Notes under the pieces: generated by a model
Told to the model about the DNA's origin: nothing
Database searches by the model: none
What the model saw: only the letters and a program-made list of their open reading frames with translations
Origin: Camelus ferus
Lineage: Eukaryota
Assembly (NCBI RefSeq): GCF_009834535.1
Contig: NC_045696.1
Coordinates: forward strand, 96,846,001 to 96,910,000
Reading direction: 5' to 3'
DNA length: 64,000 bases
Shown: positions 12,617 to 25,790 of the stretch, in pieces
Numbering within the stretch: the stretch's first letter is position 1
Layout: every line of letters begins with the position of its first letter
Made by a program: the position numbers and the translations under genes

Positions 12617-13775
12617 GAATAGTTAAGAGAGCTGTAAAAGGCACAATAACACAAAATCAAGGTGACCTAATCACACAAATTAGACATGAATTGAAATTTG
12701 AGTAACTTTCTATGTGAGTCAATATAATTCTTTGCTGGATAAATGTCTACACAGGCTCATCTCTCAGGGTGGGAGACTCTATTCCTTCATCATTTTAACT
12801 TCCCTTAAAAGGATTTCAGACATAAAGAGCCAGAGCCAGGGGTTGAATGTGGGCCCTTTGACTCAGTCCAGAACACTTTCCTTGTTACACAAAGGACGCT
12901 TATTTTGAAATAATAATACCCATTCCTTAGGTATTGGACCAGGGGACAAACTGGGAGCCCAGTAGCCCTCTATTAGGTTGGTGGTTTGCAGGGAAGCATT
13001 CTGGGGCAAAAGACAGAGAAAAAAGAAACTCTTGGATGGTTGAGTTTCCAGGGGGAGGTCAGGGAACTTTGAAGAAAAAAGTGAAGTGCTGATGAGAGAG
13101 ACAGTGAACAGAAAAAATAAATATGGTTTCCTTACAATGCAATTGAGGAGAAGTGAAGATCCACACTGGAAAATTGCATAATGTGGGCTTCTTGGAAAAC
13201 TGGTTATTTGATAATTGTCTATTTTATTCCTGTTTTGTTTGATCATTCTGGGGGACTGTGGCATGGGTATTTATTTAGTGACAGCTAGAGACAGAAGCTT
13301 AGAGGCATTTGATCTAGAGTTAGAAGCAAGAGAGGCTGGGGACAACTTGGCTAAGTGTGAGTGGGAAGAGTAAAATATTAGAATATTTTCAGATCAAATA
13401 TTATTTGCAACACTCTTTACGCCTGGATTGGAAGACACATTTTAAATGTGGGTTTAAAATTAGTTTGGAAATTGTCTTTAAGCAGGGATTGTGTAAGTTA
13501 TTTGAAAAATTGGGCCTCATTAAAAATACATTAAGGAACAATCAGATACTGTGTGTTGGCTAATGTGATGCAGTATGAGGCCCGGAGCGCCACGTAGGAA
13601 GTTTCTAGCCAATAATGCAAACTTGACTCTAAGTAGGCCTCCAGAGGTGCACTCCTATTTACAGGAAATGGGGGAGGGGGGAGAAAAGAAAAAGTCAAAT
13701 GATAACATTTGGGCTGAGATTTGCTTTAAAATACTTCAGTAAGGGAAGAAAAAAAAAAAAAAAAAGTAAAAGGAA

Positions 13776-14254
13776 TGTGCATTAGTTTCCTGTGGCTGCC
13801 ATAACAAATTACCATAAACTTGATGGCTTAAAATAACAGAGATGTAGTCTTCAGTTTTGGAGGCTGAAAATCCAAAATCAAGGTGTTGGGAAAAGCAGTA
13901 TTCCCTCCAGAGGCTCCACAGGAGAAGGCATCCCTTGCCCCTTCCAGCTTCCGTCGACTCCAGGTTTTCCTGGGCTTGTGGCTGTTGCACTCCAATCTCT
14001 GCCCCCTTGGTTATATTGTCTCCCCACTTCTGTGTCAAAACTGCCTGTATCTTTGTCCTGTAAGGATACATGCAATTGCATTTAGAATCCACCTGGGTAA
14101 TTCGGGATAAGCACCTCCTCTCAATATTCTTGATCACATCTTTTGCCATACGCGGTAATATTCACTCTTTCACCAGATAAGGCAGTATCAGCCACAGGTT
14201 CCAGGGATTAGAATGTGGGCATATCTTCTGGAGGGCCACCATTCAGCACACTAT
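13776..14254. mobile_element. MaLR solo LTR (MLT1-type)
   Basis: tgcattagtttcctgtggctgccataacaaattaccataaacttgatggcttaaaa...cacaggttccagggattag...cattcagcacactata. Confidence 0.85.
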
Positions 14255-14289
14255 AGAATGGAAGGCAAAATCTTGATAATTATCAAGTT

Positions 14290-14565
14290 TTATTTACTTA
14301 TGTGTCAAACTTTATTGAGGAATAACTGACAAATATAATTATATATATTCAACATTTAGAACATGATGATTTGATATACCTCTACATTATGGAATGTTTT
14401 CCAAGAGCAAGATAATTAACATATCTATCACCTTACATAGTTAACTCTTTTTTCATTTTGGTGATGAGAATGCTTAAGTTCTACTCTCATCAATTTTCAG
14501 TTTTCAAGTATTATTAACTATAGTCACCATGCTGCACAGTAGAGTCTCAGAACTTATTCATCTTG
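14290..14565 (-). mobile_element. L1MA-like 3' end
   Basis: aactttattgaggaataactgac...tattattaactatagtcaccatgctg...cagaacttattcatctt. Confidence 0.75.
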
Positions 14566-14649
14566 ACAATTGAGACATCTGAGTTATGGGCCTATACTAA
14601 GGTTTCAGTTTTGGGTAAGTTAGTAAATTTTCAAAATTTAGAAAAAAAA

Positions 14650-17600
14650 TTGGACTTCTACCAATGGCAACGATGGAGTAACTGAGACCAGATTATGCAA
14701 CAATTGTTTCCAAACATTGGACAAAATGTTGCAGAACTGTGATCCCTGACAGAAGGGAAATGAATGAGATGAGCCCTATGGTTACCCTAGATTTTTGCAT
14801 GGAGGTAATTTCTAGACCATTGTACACGGAGGGAAAACTCAAATAAGACACTGCAGTGTCACTGAATTGAGAAGACTGAGATGGGAGGTTGGGAAAGTTG
14901 AGGTGGTTGGAACTTACAGGGCAGAGTGTTGCAGAGGAAGGAGCTGAATGGAGATATAGCTCCAGAAAATTGCATAGAGGTCCCAGGGAGTATTTTGCTC
15001 AATACTAAATTGTACACGTGTAGGGCAAAATTATATGAAACTAGGCAAAGAACTACCAGGGAGCTGAAAGATGAACATCCCAGAGCCTATCTGGAATTCC
15101 AATTAGCCAGAGTATAAAATCTTCCTTGGACACCCAGGCCTTCTGCAGAGACCACAGAGGAGTCACGCCTTAGAAGTGGGGGCTGAACTAGCTCTGAGTA
15201 AAGGCTCCTTTAAGCCTGCCCTTTAAAAAACTGAAACATTAACCTCGGCCAGATTAAGCTTATCTTCAATTTGCTTAACTGGCTGTCAGAACAGTCTGAC
15301 ACTCTTCTAAGAACGTTAACAAAATTTAGTAATCAAGAATATAAAATTCATAATGTCTAGCATCCGGTCAAATATTACTAGACATGTGAAAAAGCAGGAC
15401 AATATGAGCCTTAGAGAGGAAAAAAAAATAAATAAATAGAAACAAACCCAGAAGTGACAGACAATGGAATTAGCAGGCAAGCACTTTAAAGAAGCTATTA
15501 CAAATATGTATAAGGACTTGAGAGAACATTAATATAATGAAGAGAGAAATAGAAAATATAAAGAGTTTTTGTTGTTGTTGTTTTTGTTGTTTTAAATAAG
15601 GACATCTACAAAAAACCTCACAGCTAACAGTATACTTAATGGTGAAAGACTGACTCCTTCCCCCTGAGATCAGAAACAAGACAAAGCTATCCTCTTCTAG
15701 TCAACATTTTACTAGATGTACTGGTCAATGCAATAAATAAAATAATATTAATTCATTAATTAAAGGCAGTCAGATTGTAAAGGAAGAAGGAAAACTGTCT
15801 ACATATTTGCAGAGGACATAGTCCGATATATAGAAAATACTGAGAAACCCAGCCCCCTCAAACACAAACACACACATGCACACGCACACACACACACACA
15901 CACACACAACTGCTAAAACTAATAAATGAGCTCAGCAATATTACAGGGTAGAAAGTCATTAAACAAAAAGTAATTGTATTTTATAGTAGAGGGCAATCTG
16001 AAAATAATCTTTAAAAAATGCCATTCACAAAAGCCTCAGAAAGAATAAAATAATTAGGAATAAACTCATCAAGAGAAGCACAAGAACTAAACACTGAGAA
16101 TTACAAAATGTTGATAAGAAAAAGATTTAAATAAATGGAGAGGAATTCCATGTTTATGGATTAGAAGATTCAATAATATTAAGATGGCATTTCTCCCCAT
16201 ACTTATCTACAGGTTTGGTATCCGTATCAAAATCTCATCAGAATCTTTTTTTGGTAGTAATTGACCAACTGATTCTGAATTTTAAATGGAAATGCGAAGA
16301 ACTCTGAATAGCCAAATCAACTTTGAAAAAAAACAAACAAATTTGAGGATTTAAACTATCCTATTTTAAAACTTGTTATAAAGCTACAAAAATATAAAGC
16401 TATAGAAATCAAGAGAGTATTTAGTATTTGCACAAAGATAGACATATAGGACAATGGAACAGAACTCATAGAATTTTGGGTTACATTTACATTTTAAGGG
16501 TTTTACATCTATAGTCAACCAATTTTTGACCAATACACCAAGATTCAATAGGGAAAGGATAATATTTTCAATTGTAATCTATATGCAAAATGGGTGAATT
16601 CATACTCTTACTTCATACTGTATACAAAATGGATCACAGACCTAAATGTAAAAGTTAAAATATATAAAATTTCTAGGAGAGAACAAAAAAGAAAATCTTC
16701 ACAATGTTGAGGTAGGCAAAGATTTCTTCTTAGATTAAACTGAAAGAACATGAACCATAAAAGAAAATTTTGATAAATTGTACTTTATCAAATTAAAATG
16801 TTCTGCCCAAAATGAAAAGACAAGTCATAGGCTGAGAGAAAATATTTGCAATACTTATATCTAATAACAGATTGTATACAGAATATACAAAGACATCTCA
16901 ATTTAAATAATAAGAAATCAAACAAGCTGATAAAATTGGGCAAAGAATTTGCAGATACTTCACAAAAGAAGATATATTAATGGTCAATAAACACATGAAA
17001 AGATGCTCAGCATCATTAGTTGTAAGGGAAATGCAAATTAAAATCACAATGAGATACCAGGACATACTTCTTTGAAGTCCAAAATTAAAGAGTGACAACA
17101 CTGAGTCCTGGCAAGGAGGTGGGGCAACTGGAACTCTCAGTGGATAAGTAAAACATACGAACACTTTGAAAAACATTTTGGCAGTTTTAAAAATCGAGTG
17201 AACTCTACATTTATCATATGAATCATTCCTAGGTATTTATCCAAGAGAAGTGAAAACAGTATATCCATACAAAGACTTGTACACAAATGTTCATGCAGCT
17301 TTATTCATAACAGCTTCAAATAGGAAGCAGCCCAATTATTCATAAACACCGAATGGATACAGTGTGGTGCACCTCTATAGCGGAAAACCACTCAGCAATA
17401 CAAAGATGTGAATTACTGATAGAGCAGCATGTATGAATCTCCAAAATCATTGACTGAGCAAAAGAAGCCAGGTTCAAAAGATTAATTCTGCGTGATTCTA
17501 TTTATGTGAAATTCAAAATAAGGGAAATCTGAAATGTCAAAAAAGCCCAAAACAAAACAAAACAAAACCCCCAAAGTTCCAAAAAACATAAAACAGCCTA

Positions 17601-17785
17601 GGGCAGGGGATGGGTAGGACTCAACTGTAAGGGAGCAAGAGGGAATTTTTATGGTATTAGAACTGCTCTTCACCTCGACTGTGGTTGTGGTTACATGACT
17701 GTGTGCCCTTGTCAAAACTCATCAAAATGTTCATTTGAAATGGTGTATTTTATTGCATGAATTGTATCTCAGTATAGTTGATTAA
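14650..17785 (+). mobile_element. Degenerate old L1M element (5' region, ORF2 remnants, 3' UTR)
   Basis: ORF2 remnants such as tacttaatggtgaaagactg...ccctgagatcagaaacaagacaa, ccatgtttatggattagaagattcaata and aaacacatgaaaagatgctcagcatcattag...gggaaatgcaaattaaaa. Many stops and indels. Confidence 0.85.
15862..15908. repeat. (CA)n microsatellite inside L1
   Basis: Directly visible, interrupted at its 5' end. Confidence 0.9.
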
Positions 17786-18059
17786 AAGGCATTAAAGTCA
17801 GAAGATATATTAAAAGTTTCTCTGCTTTGAGTAGTCTCTTGGGAGCACCTAGATTCTAGCCATTTTTGTTTTTTCATCCACTCGGCTTCTCTGGAAGCAG
17901 GTAGTTGTGTAGCTAAGTGGGATAAAGGGTAAGGGGTTCAAATAAAAGAAATACAGCCTTTTGATATCTTATCCTTAGAATATGAATATGTTTGGAGCTT
18001 AAAGGGAATCTGGGTTTTGAAGCTAGGTAACTGAATGTCTGTTCTAATCACATATCAAA

Positions 18060-18430
18060 TAGCTATAGTTAATGATACTGTATTGCATATTTGAAAGTTA
18101 CTAAGAGAGATCTTAAAAGTTCTCATCACAAGAATAAAAATTTTGTAACTATGTATGGTGATGGGTGTTAACTAGACTTATTATGGTGGTCGTTTTTTTT
18201 TTTTTTTTTGAAGGGGGAGGTAATTAGGTTTATTCATTTATTTGTTTTTAGAGGAGGTACTGGGGATTGAACCCAGGACTCTGTGTATGCGAAGCATGTG
18301 CTCTACCACTGAGCTATACCCTCCACCTATGATGGTCATTTTGAAATATATGAAAATATTGAATCACTGAAATATAATGTCATATATCAGTTACAGCTCA
18401 ATTAAAAATAAATTAATAAAAATAATAAGT
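18060..18430 (+). mobile_element. L1MA-like 3' end interrupted by a SINE
   Basis: tatagttaatgatactgtattgcatatttgaaagtt...tcttaaaagttctcatcac. The element resumes after 18341 and runs to an A-rich tail. Confidence 0.75.
18196..18327 (-). mobile_element. tRNA-derived SINE (Vic-1-like) with TSD
   Basis: Antisense copy with B-box (ggggattgaacccagg on +), A-box (ctaccactgagcta on +) and T tail. TSD tatggtggtcgttt (18182-18195) / tatgatggtcattt (18328-18341). Confidence 0.9.
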
Positions 18431-19196
18431 AAAAAGGTATTTTATGAAGTTTGACTCCCACCATGAATAAATGAAGGTGATCATTTACCATATCTCTGCT
18501 AGGGTTGAAAATTACTACCTATAAAATTCTTTGCTAATTTCATAGGTTAAAATTTATCTTGTTGTTTAATTCTGCATGATTATGTGTAGCATAAATATGT
18601 ACAAACCAAACAAGAAGAAATCAGAGCAAATGGCAATCTTCTCCGATCATCAGCCTGTAATAAGTTGCAAGCAAGTATTTCAACAGACTTTTTAGAAGGT
18701 GACATAGGGAAAATTTCTCAGATGTAATGTGGAGTGGCACAAATGTACACTCACTTAGTTGTAAAACAAAAACAAAAACCAAAAACTCTGCTTTGGCCCT
18801 TTTTAAGCCTTAATTCTCTACTTTTCTTTTAATAGTGAAATGACTTTACACCCATGGCTCAGATACCCTCTTTTCTTACCCACGTGATGTGAAGGCAAAG
18901 GACTCAAGGAATGTTGGTCAATGCCCTTCTTATTCTGAAGAAATTCTCATGCAAATGGACAGAGATACATGGAGAATTAATTTTGGTTATAGGAAAAACT
19001 CGAGTGCTATCTAATTGTCCATTAATAGGAGAATGCCATGGTATGGCTTATTATACAATACTGTGCAATTATTTAAAAGAATAAAGATGATCTCTGCTGT
19101 TATGGAAGGATGTCCATGATTACCGCAGAGTTGTAGAAAGAAAGTTGAAGAAGAGTATGCTTAGTATGATCCCATTTATGATTAAGAAAACCCCAC

Positions 19197-20525
19197 CTCT
19201 TCAGCAAATGGTGTTGGGAAAACTGGACAGCAGCATGTAAAACAATGAAGCTAGAACACTCCCTTACACCATATACAAAAATCAACTCAAAATGGATCAA
19301 AGACTTAAACATAAGACAAGATACAATAAACCTCCTAGAGGAAAACATAGGCAAAACGTTATCTGACATCATTTCAAAAATTTTCTCCTAGTAGAAATAA
19401 AAGCAAGAATAAACAAATGGGACCTAATGAAACTTACAAGCTTCTGCACAGCAAAGGAAACCATAAGTAAAACAAGAAGACAACCTACGGAATGGGAGAA
19501 ACTTTTTGCAAATGAAACCGACAAAGGCTTGATCTCCAGAATATAAAAGCAGCTCATACGACTCAATAAGAAAAAAACAAACAACCCAATCCAAAAATGG
19601 GCAGAAGACCTAAACAAGCAGTTCTCCAAGGAAGACATACAAATGATCAAAAGGCACATGAAAAAATGCTCAATATCATTAATTATCAGAGAAATGCAAA
19701 TCAAAACTACAATGAGGTTATCACCTCACAGCAGTCAGAATGGCCGTCATTCAAAAATCCACAAATGACAAATGCTGGGGAGGCTGTGGAGAAAGGGGAA
19801 CCCTCCTACACTGCTGGTGGGAATGCAGTTTGGTGCAGCCACTATGGAAAACGGTATGGAGATTCCTCAAAAGACTAGGAATAGACTTACTGTATGACCC
19901 AGGAATCCCACTCCTGGGCTTGTATCCAGAAGGAACCCTACTTCAGGATGACACCTGCACCCCAATGTTCATAGCAGCACTATTTACAATAGCCAAGACA
20001 TGGAAACAGCTTAAATGTGCATCAACAGGTGACTGGATAAAGAAGAGGTGGTATATTTATACAATGGAATACTACTCAGCCATAAAAACCGACAACATAA
20101 TGCCATTTGCAGCAACATGGAAGCTCCTGGAGAATGTCATTCAAAATGAAGTAAGCCAGAAAGAGAAAGAAAAATACCATATGAGATCGCTCATATGTGG
20201 AATTTAAAAAACAAACAAACAAACAAAAACAAAGCGTAAATACAGGACAGAAACAGACTCATAGACAGAGAATACAGACTTGTGGTTGCCAGTGGGGGGG
20301 AGGGTGGGAAGGGATAGACCGGGATTTCAAAATTGTAGAATAGATAAACAAGATTATACTGTATAGCACAGGGAAATATACATAAAACGTTATGGTAGCT
20401 CACAGAGAAAAAAATGTGACAATGAGTGTGTATATGTCCATGTATGACTGAAAAATTGTGCTGAACACTGGAATTTGACACAACATTGTAAAATGATTAT
20501 AAGTCAATAAAAAATGTTAAAAAAA
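19197..20525 (+). mobile_element. Young 5'-truncated LINE-1 (ORF2 C-terminal cysteine-rich region, frameshifted, plus 3' UTR) with 13-bp TSD
   Basis: ORF 19740-20207 gives [23 protein letters not shown]...[16 protein letters not shown]...[13 protein letters not shown], the L1 ORF2 end. TSD aagaaaaccccac (19184-19196) / aaggaaaccccac (20526-20538). Confidence 0.95.
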
Positions 20526-22957
20526 AAGGAAACCCCACAAAATGTGTATATGTGTGTGTATCTTAACTACATGCAGAGAAAACTATCAGAAGAAATTAAC
20601 TCTGTAGATTAGGGTTGAGGATGAATATGGAGGGGAGGTTTTGATTTTTTTTTTTTAAGATAAGCTTCTTCATTGAAATTTTTTAATGAGAATATACTAC
20701 TTAAGAAAACACATATTTCAGACAAATTAACGATACTCAGCACCCCTCCCCTGCAATGAGGCTGCAGAAATCAGCTATCAGTAAGCTGATTGCAGTCTTG
20801 TTGGCATTCTATGATGGAGACTTACCTTTCTTCATTCCAAGGAGGATACATTGTCATATATTGTTCTCATTTTGCTCATCCCACGTGGCCATCGTTTGAA
20901 TCACAGAGCTACCTCAATGAAATAAAACAGATGAAATCAATGAATAGGAATAATTTGTGTACAGCTTCAACGTAATTTGTTCTAGAAAGGGAATTCTTTC
21001 TTCCTGTGACCTCTAACCCTTTTGAGTATCATGGGGAGAAAAACATGCGGTATGGTTTTTTTCCCATAGCCTGGAATCTAGTTCTACTAACCAGTTCTGA
21101 GATCTTGAGCAGATTGTAAGGCCCTTGGATTCTCTAAACCTGTCTTCCTGTCAAATGTGAAAAACATTTGCTTTCCTAAGTCTTACTAGGATAATTGTGA
21201 GGATCTAGTGAGATAAAAGGGGGGAAAAGATTTTGGAGAATGTGGTTTAACTTATCTTGGTGACCTGTATTATTGTAGGTGCTATTCCCAGGGCCTGAAA
21301 ATCACCCAATCTTTTCCTAGAGCTTTTGGTCAAAAAGTGATGAGGAAAGAGAGCATGGCCTCAGCCAGATGTCTAGACAGAGGCAGAAAGGATACCAGGA
21401 GCAAGCATTTACTGCGTGCTCGCTAGGGTCCAGGTCCCAGTGAAGTAATGTACATATTCCATCTTGTTTAATCTTCCCAACAAGCCTATGACTTGGTTAT
21501 CCCAGGCTACATTAACAGATCAGAAAACCGAGGAATAAAGAATGTGAATCCCCATCCATCCATCCATCCATCAGGAGTACAACTGTGAATAAAAAAGTAG
21601 AAGTCCCTGCTCTCACAAAACTTACCTTTGAGGGCAACCTGGTTTGAAGGTCCCCAGCTATCAAAGGCAAAGGAGGGTTTCTCATTCAATTTTATACCAC
21701 TCAGCTTCTGGCTCTAAGCAGTGGCACCCTGCTGGCCCACATTTCCTAGACTGTTCACTTGAAGTCTCACATGTTGGTCCCAGAAGTCTGATGCCTTTTC
21801 TCCTCCTCGCCAGGAGAAATCCCCACCCTGTGCTGACATTCTTCAATATCCAGGAGTATAAGCTTGTATAAACCAGTTTTTTTCTCCTGAGGTGTGATTA
21901 CCTGAGCAGAGGAATCCTCCAGGAAAACTGCATTCCCAGATGAGTCAGCTGTCATCACGGCCATTACCTAATGCTGAACTGGATGGGTTTAGGAAGCTGA
22001 AAGGCAGTAAAAAAGCCAAGACTCACAGGTTTGGAACTCAAAGTCGCTGGAAGCAACGGGTTGGTCATGTTTCCACAGCTGGTGCCAAGTCTTCACTTGT
22101 TCATTCTCTCTGGAGAACAGGACAGGGTAGGCTTCATGAGTCCCATTTAAAAAGAGGCTGATATTCCTGGGAAGAGGCTCCTTCTCAATTTTTCCCAATG
22201 AGAATTTAATACGGACAGTCAACTGGGTGCAGGGTCAGGTGGGGAGGGGGAAAGGAAAGGTAGAGAGTTCCCCTGGAGAAAGGTGGATAGGAGGAGTGGT
22301 TACTAGGAGGAGCAAACAGACCAACATTCTTAAGCTCATGTCTCAACTCCGAAGCCTCTTCTTGTTTCCAGGGCAAGACCATACAACTGATAAAGAAACT
22401 GATCCTCACCAAGAGTTGTGACATGTTTAATAAAGGCAATAAATAGAACACATGGTTACCAGAGTTGCTGATCTTTATTGCCTTGCTTAGAAGTGATGCT
22501 GCCTAAGCTAAATGTTACCGATCCCGTGCTGTTTCTTAGGAAACTTCCTGGCTTGTTGTCAGTTTGTAAGGAGAGTATTTCCAGTCTCCATTTGGCAGAG
22601 AGTCTGCACACAATAACCCACTGCTCATTTGTGTAACTCTTCGCTCCCTGGGTCCACAGGGCACCCTGACCTGCTTTTTCTGGCTGCTGATGCTGCTTCT
22701 GAACCAGGCCCTCCTCTGCACAGATATGGGCTTCTGACCCGCATTCCCTCAAGGTACTCTTGACTCAGAATTCTCTCTCAGACTCAGCAGTAAACAGACA
22801 AGCCTTCAGGTTGCTGTTTCCCACCCTCAGATTTTTGGGGGGTTGTTTCCTGGCTTCTCCCTATCAACACCTGATGTACACCATCCTAAATCAACTCACT
22901 TTAGTCTCTCTTTCTTCTCAGAATAAAGTATCAGAGTAGGTCTTCCTCTATCACTGC

Positions 22958-23000
<43 letters not shown>

Positions 23001-23125
23001 TCTATCTGGGGGTGGGGAGGTAAATAAGTCTATTTATTTATTTATAATAGAGGTACTGGGGACTGAACCCAGGACCTTGTGCACACTAGGCATGCACTCT
23101 ACCTCTTGAACTATACCCTCTTCCC
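22958..23125 (-). mobile_element. tRNA-derived SINE (Vic-1-like) with (TTTA)n tail
   Basis: agaggtactggggactgaacccaggacct...gcatgcactctacc...tataccctc, homologous to the copy at 18196-18327. Confidence 0.88.
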
Positions 23126-23139
23126 TTATTTTTCTTCCT

Positions 23140-24370
23140 TTATACTCATTATTTTGAAAACTGAGAAATAAAAGGAAAGAATTAAGTCCCTGTCTTTCTA
23201 ATATGAACCTCAAGGTAACTGAACAGTTGATAAGGGCAAATTTCTCTTTAGAGAAGTATTTTGCTAATGAGTGAGAAGGAATGATAGATTTAATAGGCTA
23301 ATGGGTCTAGGCAATGCTTATCGATGCTGCCAAAAATCACAAAATAGAGACAGCCAGACCTTATGTGATGGAAGTATACACCATCACTTATGAATTAATC
23401 TTGAAAAAATATGAACGTGAATCTGATTGAGATTTTAGATCTAACTAATTTGCAGGAAACACAGGGGATAGATGGTTCTACAAGAATGCCATCAGGAAAA
23501 CTCAGACTTGGGAAAGGCTACTGGACAAACAACTCTGATTTTTAAGGGATTTCTAGGGAAAAACAGAGTGAGGAGCCTATAGATTAAAAGACCTAAGAGG
23601 CATGCCAACCAACTGCAATGTATGGACTTTATTTTGATTTGAATTCAAACAAATGCACTATGAAAAAAATTTAAGACGAGCAGAAAAATGTAGACACTGA
23701 CTCGATTTTTAATGATATTAAGGAATTATTGTTAACATTAAACTAAGATAATAGTATTACAGTTTTTATAAAATCCTTGTATTTTAGAGATCTGTGCTTA
23801 TAGTTTAGAGACATATTAAATGTTATGATATCTTGAATTGCTTTCATTATAACCCAGAGGGTCATGGGGGGAAATGGATGCAAGTGTAAATAATACAAGA
23901 TTGGCCGTGACAATAGACGATTGTTTAAGCTGGGTGAGAGGTACATGGAAACTGATTATTCTGTTTACTTTTATACATAATTGAAAATTTCCACAACAAA
24001 ATGATAAAAAAAAAACTGTGAGATAAAACCCTAGGAGAATGGACAGGGAATGTGTAACTTCCCAACCATTAGAGGAGATAAAAAAGGAATAAGAAAACAA
24101 TTGAGTAAAAGTCAGGAAAAGGGGAAAACAGGGGGGTGGGAGAGGGGACACTTACAAAGCATTTCAAGGAGAAAACACGAAATAAGATGGCAGAAATACA
24201 AATATGCCAGTAATGATAACAAATGGGATAAGATAATCTATTAAAAGACAGATTAGGTTAAAAATTTCGCTACATGTATATATATATATTTTTACAAGAG
24301 AAACCCTAAAAAAAAAGGAGGCAAATGAAGAGATAGAAAATGAGATACTAGACTAAACAAATGATAATAA
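23140..24370 (+). mobile_element. Old L1M (L1MC/MD-like) remnants
   Basis: gcaatgtatggactttattttgatttgaattc, tgatattaaggaattattgttaa and gggtgagaggtacatgg...ttgaaaatttccacaa are motifs of L1M 3' ends. Confidence 0.65.
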
Positions 24371-24764
24371 ACTGAAATTATGTAAAGGAGTTCAATAAGA
24401 TAAGAACTGAAATATATTGAATGGAATTAGTAACAAAGTGACCCTTGGTGACCATGGCGAGAATGGCTTGGGAGCACAACAGGGGCCTCAACCAGACTGT
24501 GTGTAATAAGCAGTGAGCAAAAAGGAAAGAAGTAGAAAGGCAAGTGGAGGGGGCGCATTTCCAGTTAGGGGAGAGGGTTACTTATTTATCATTTATTTAC
24601 TTATTGAGCCTATATAAATACAGATGTGATAAGGACATAGGAGAGATCCAAGTAGAACAAACGGGAGAGGGAGGAAAAGCAATTGTGGGGAGGAGAGAAG
24701 GCTGAAGATGACAAGCACCTAGAGCACCACGGGAGACATTAGCAGCAGACAAGAAGGAAACACT

Positions 24765-25790
24765 TTCTATTTTATTTTATTTCTAATTTATTAACTTGTC
24801 ATTACACAAACAATACATGAATGCATACTCAAAAACATCAAACATTACAGGTAAAGCTAAAGCACTCCACCCAACTACTGTGAACAGTTTGATTAGTATC
24901 CTTCCAGACCTTCTCTATACATTTTTATAATACACAATTAGGTACTTAAGATGTACACTATACAGTATTTGTGTGTGTGAATGTCTGTGGTAGGCATTTT
25001 AACATCAATGGTATCGTATGTATTTCATGTATTATCCTTCAATTTTTCCTTAAATTTTTAAAAACATAACATTGTAACTTAGAGATTTTTCCATGTCAGT
25101 ACAGGTAGGGCTCTCCTTTTTCATTAATGCCTAGTATTTTATAATGTGTACCGTGCCCCATTCCCTTGATGGGTATTTTGTTTTTTCCAATTTTGTATTA
25201 TTACAATCAAAGGTACAACAAATATCATTGTTCAAGCCACCTTGTGAACAGAAGTGTGTAAAGTGTGTTTCATTGAAAATTGGAATTGTTGGGTCATGGG
25301 GCATGTGAATTTAAAATTGTAATGGACACCACTCAATTGTCTTTAAAAGTGGCTGTGCTAGTTTATATGCTCACCAGCGACGTAGGATTCCTGTTTCCCC
25401 ACACTCTTGATTTACATTTATTTTAAATATTTGCCAGTTGGATCTGAGATGGTTTCTTGTGTTTTAATGTGCATTAATTTTCCTTATCTTGCTGAAGTTG
25501 GGCATTTCTTCATAACTTAATTGTAAAACTTTTGGCTTATGTGCATTTTCATGGGGCTATTTCTAAAAGGGATATGTGACCAAAAAGCATAAGGCTCACT
25601 GCTAGTCTGGCTGGAATTAATTTTGGTGAGTTAGAGATCTAAAGTTATCTTTTTCCCAAATAGTTATGTTGTCTTAATACTATTTGTTGAATAATCCATT
25701 CTTCCCTACTGGTTTAAATGTCACTTTTATCATTTATTCAATATATATTTGTGTTTGTTTCTGGATTCTCAGCTCTATCAGATTTATTTT
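24765..25790 (-). mobile_element. Old L1ME-like remnant
   Basis: ggaattgttgggtcatggggcatgtgaatttaaaatt...cctgtttccccacactctt...atttgttgaataatccattcttccc are antisense L1 motifs. Confidence 0.7.

Noticed and set aside
19740..20207. 155-aa ORF as a host gene
   Set aside because: It is the C-terminus of L1 ORF2 in a 5'-truncated, frameshifted copy.
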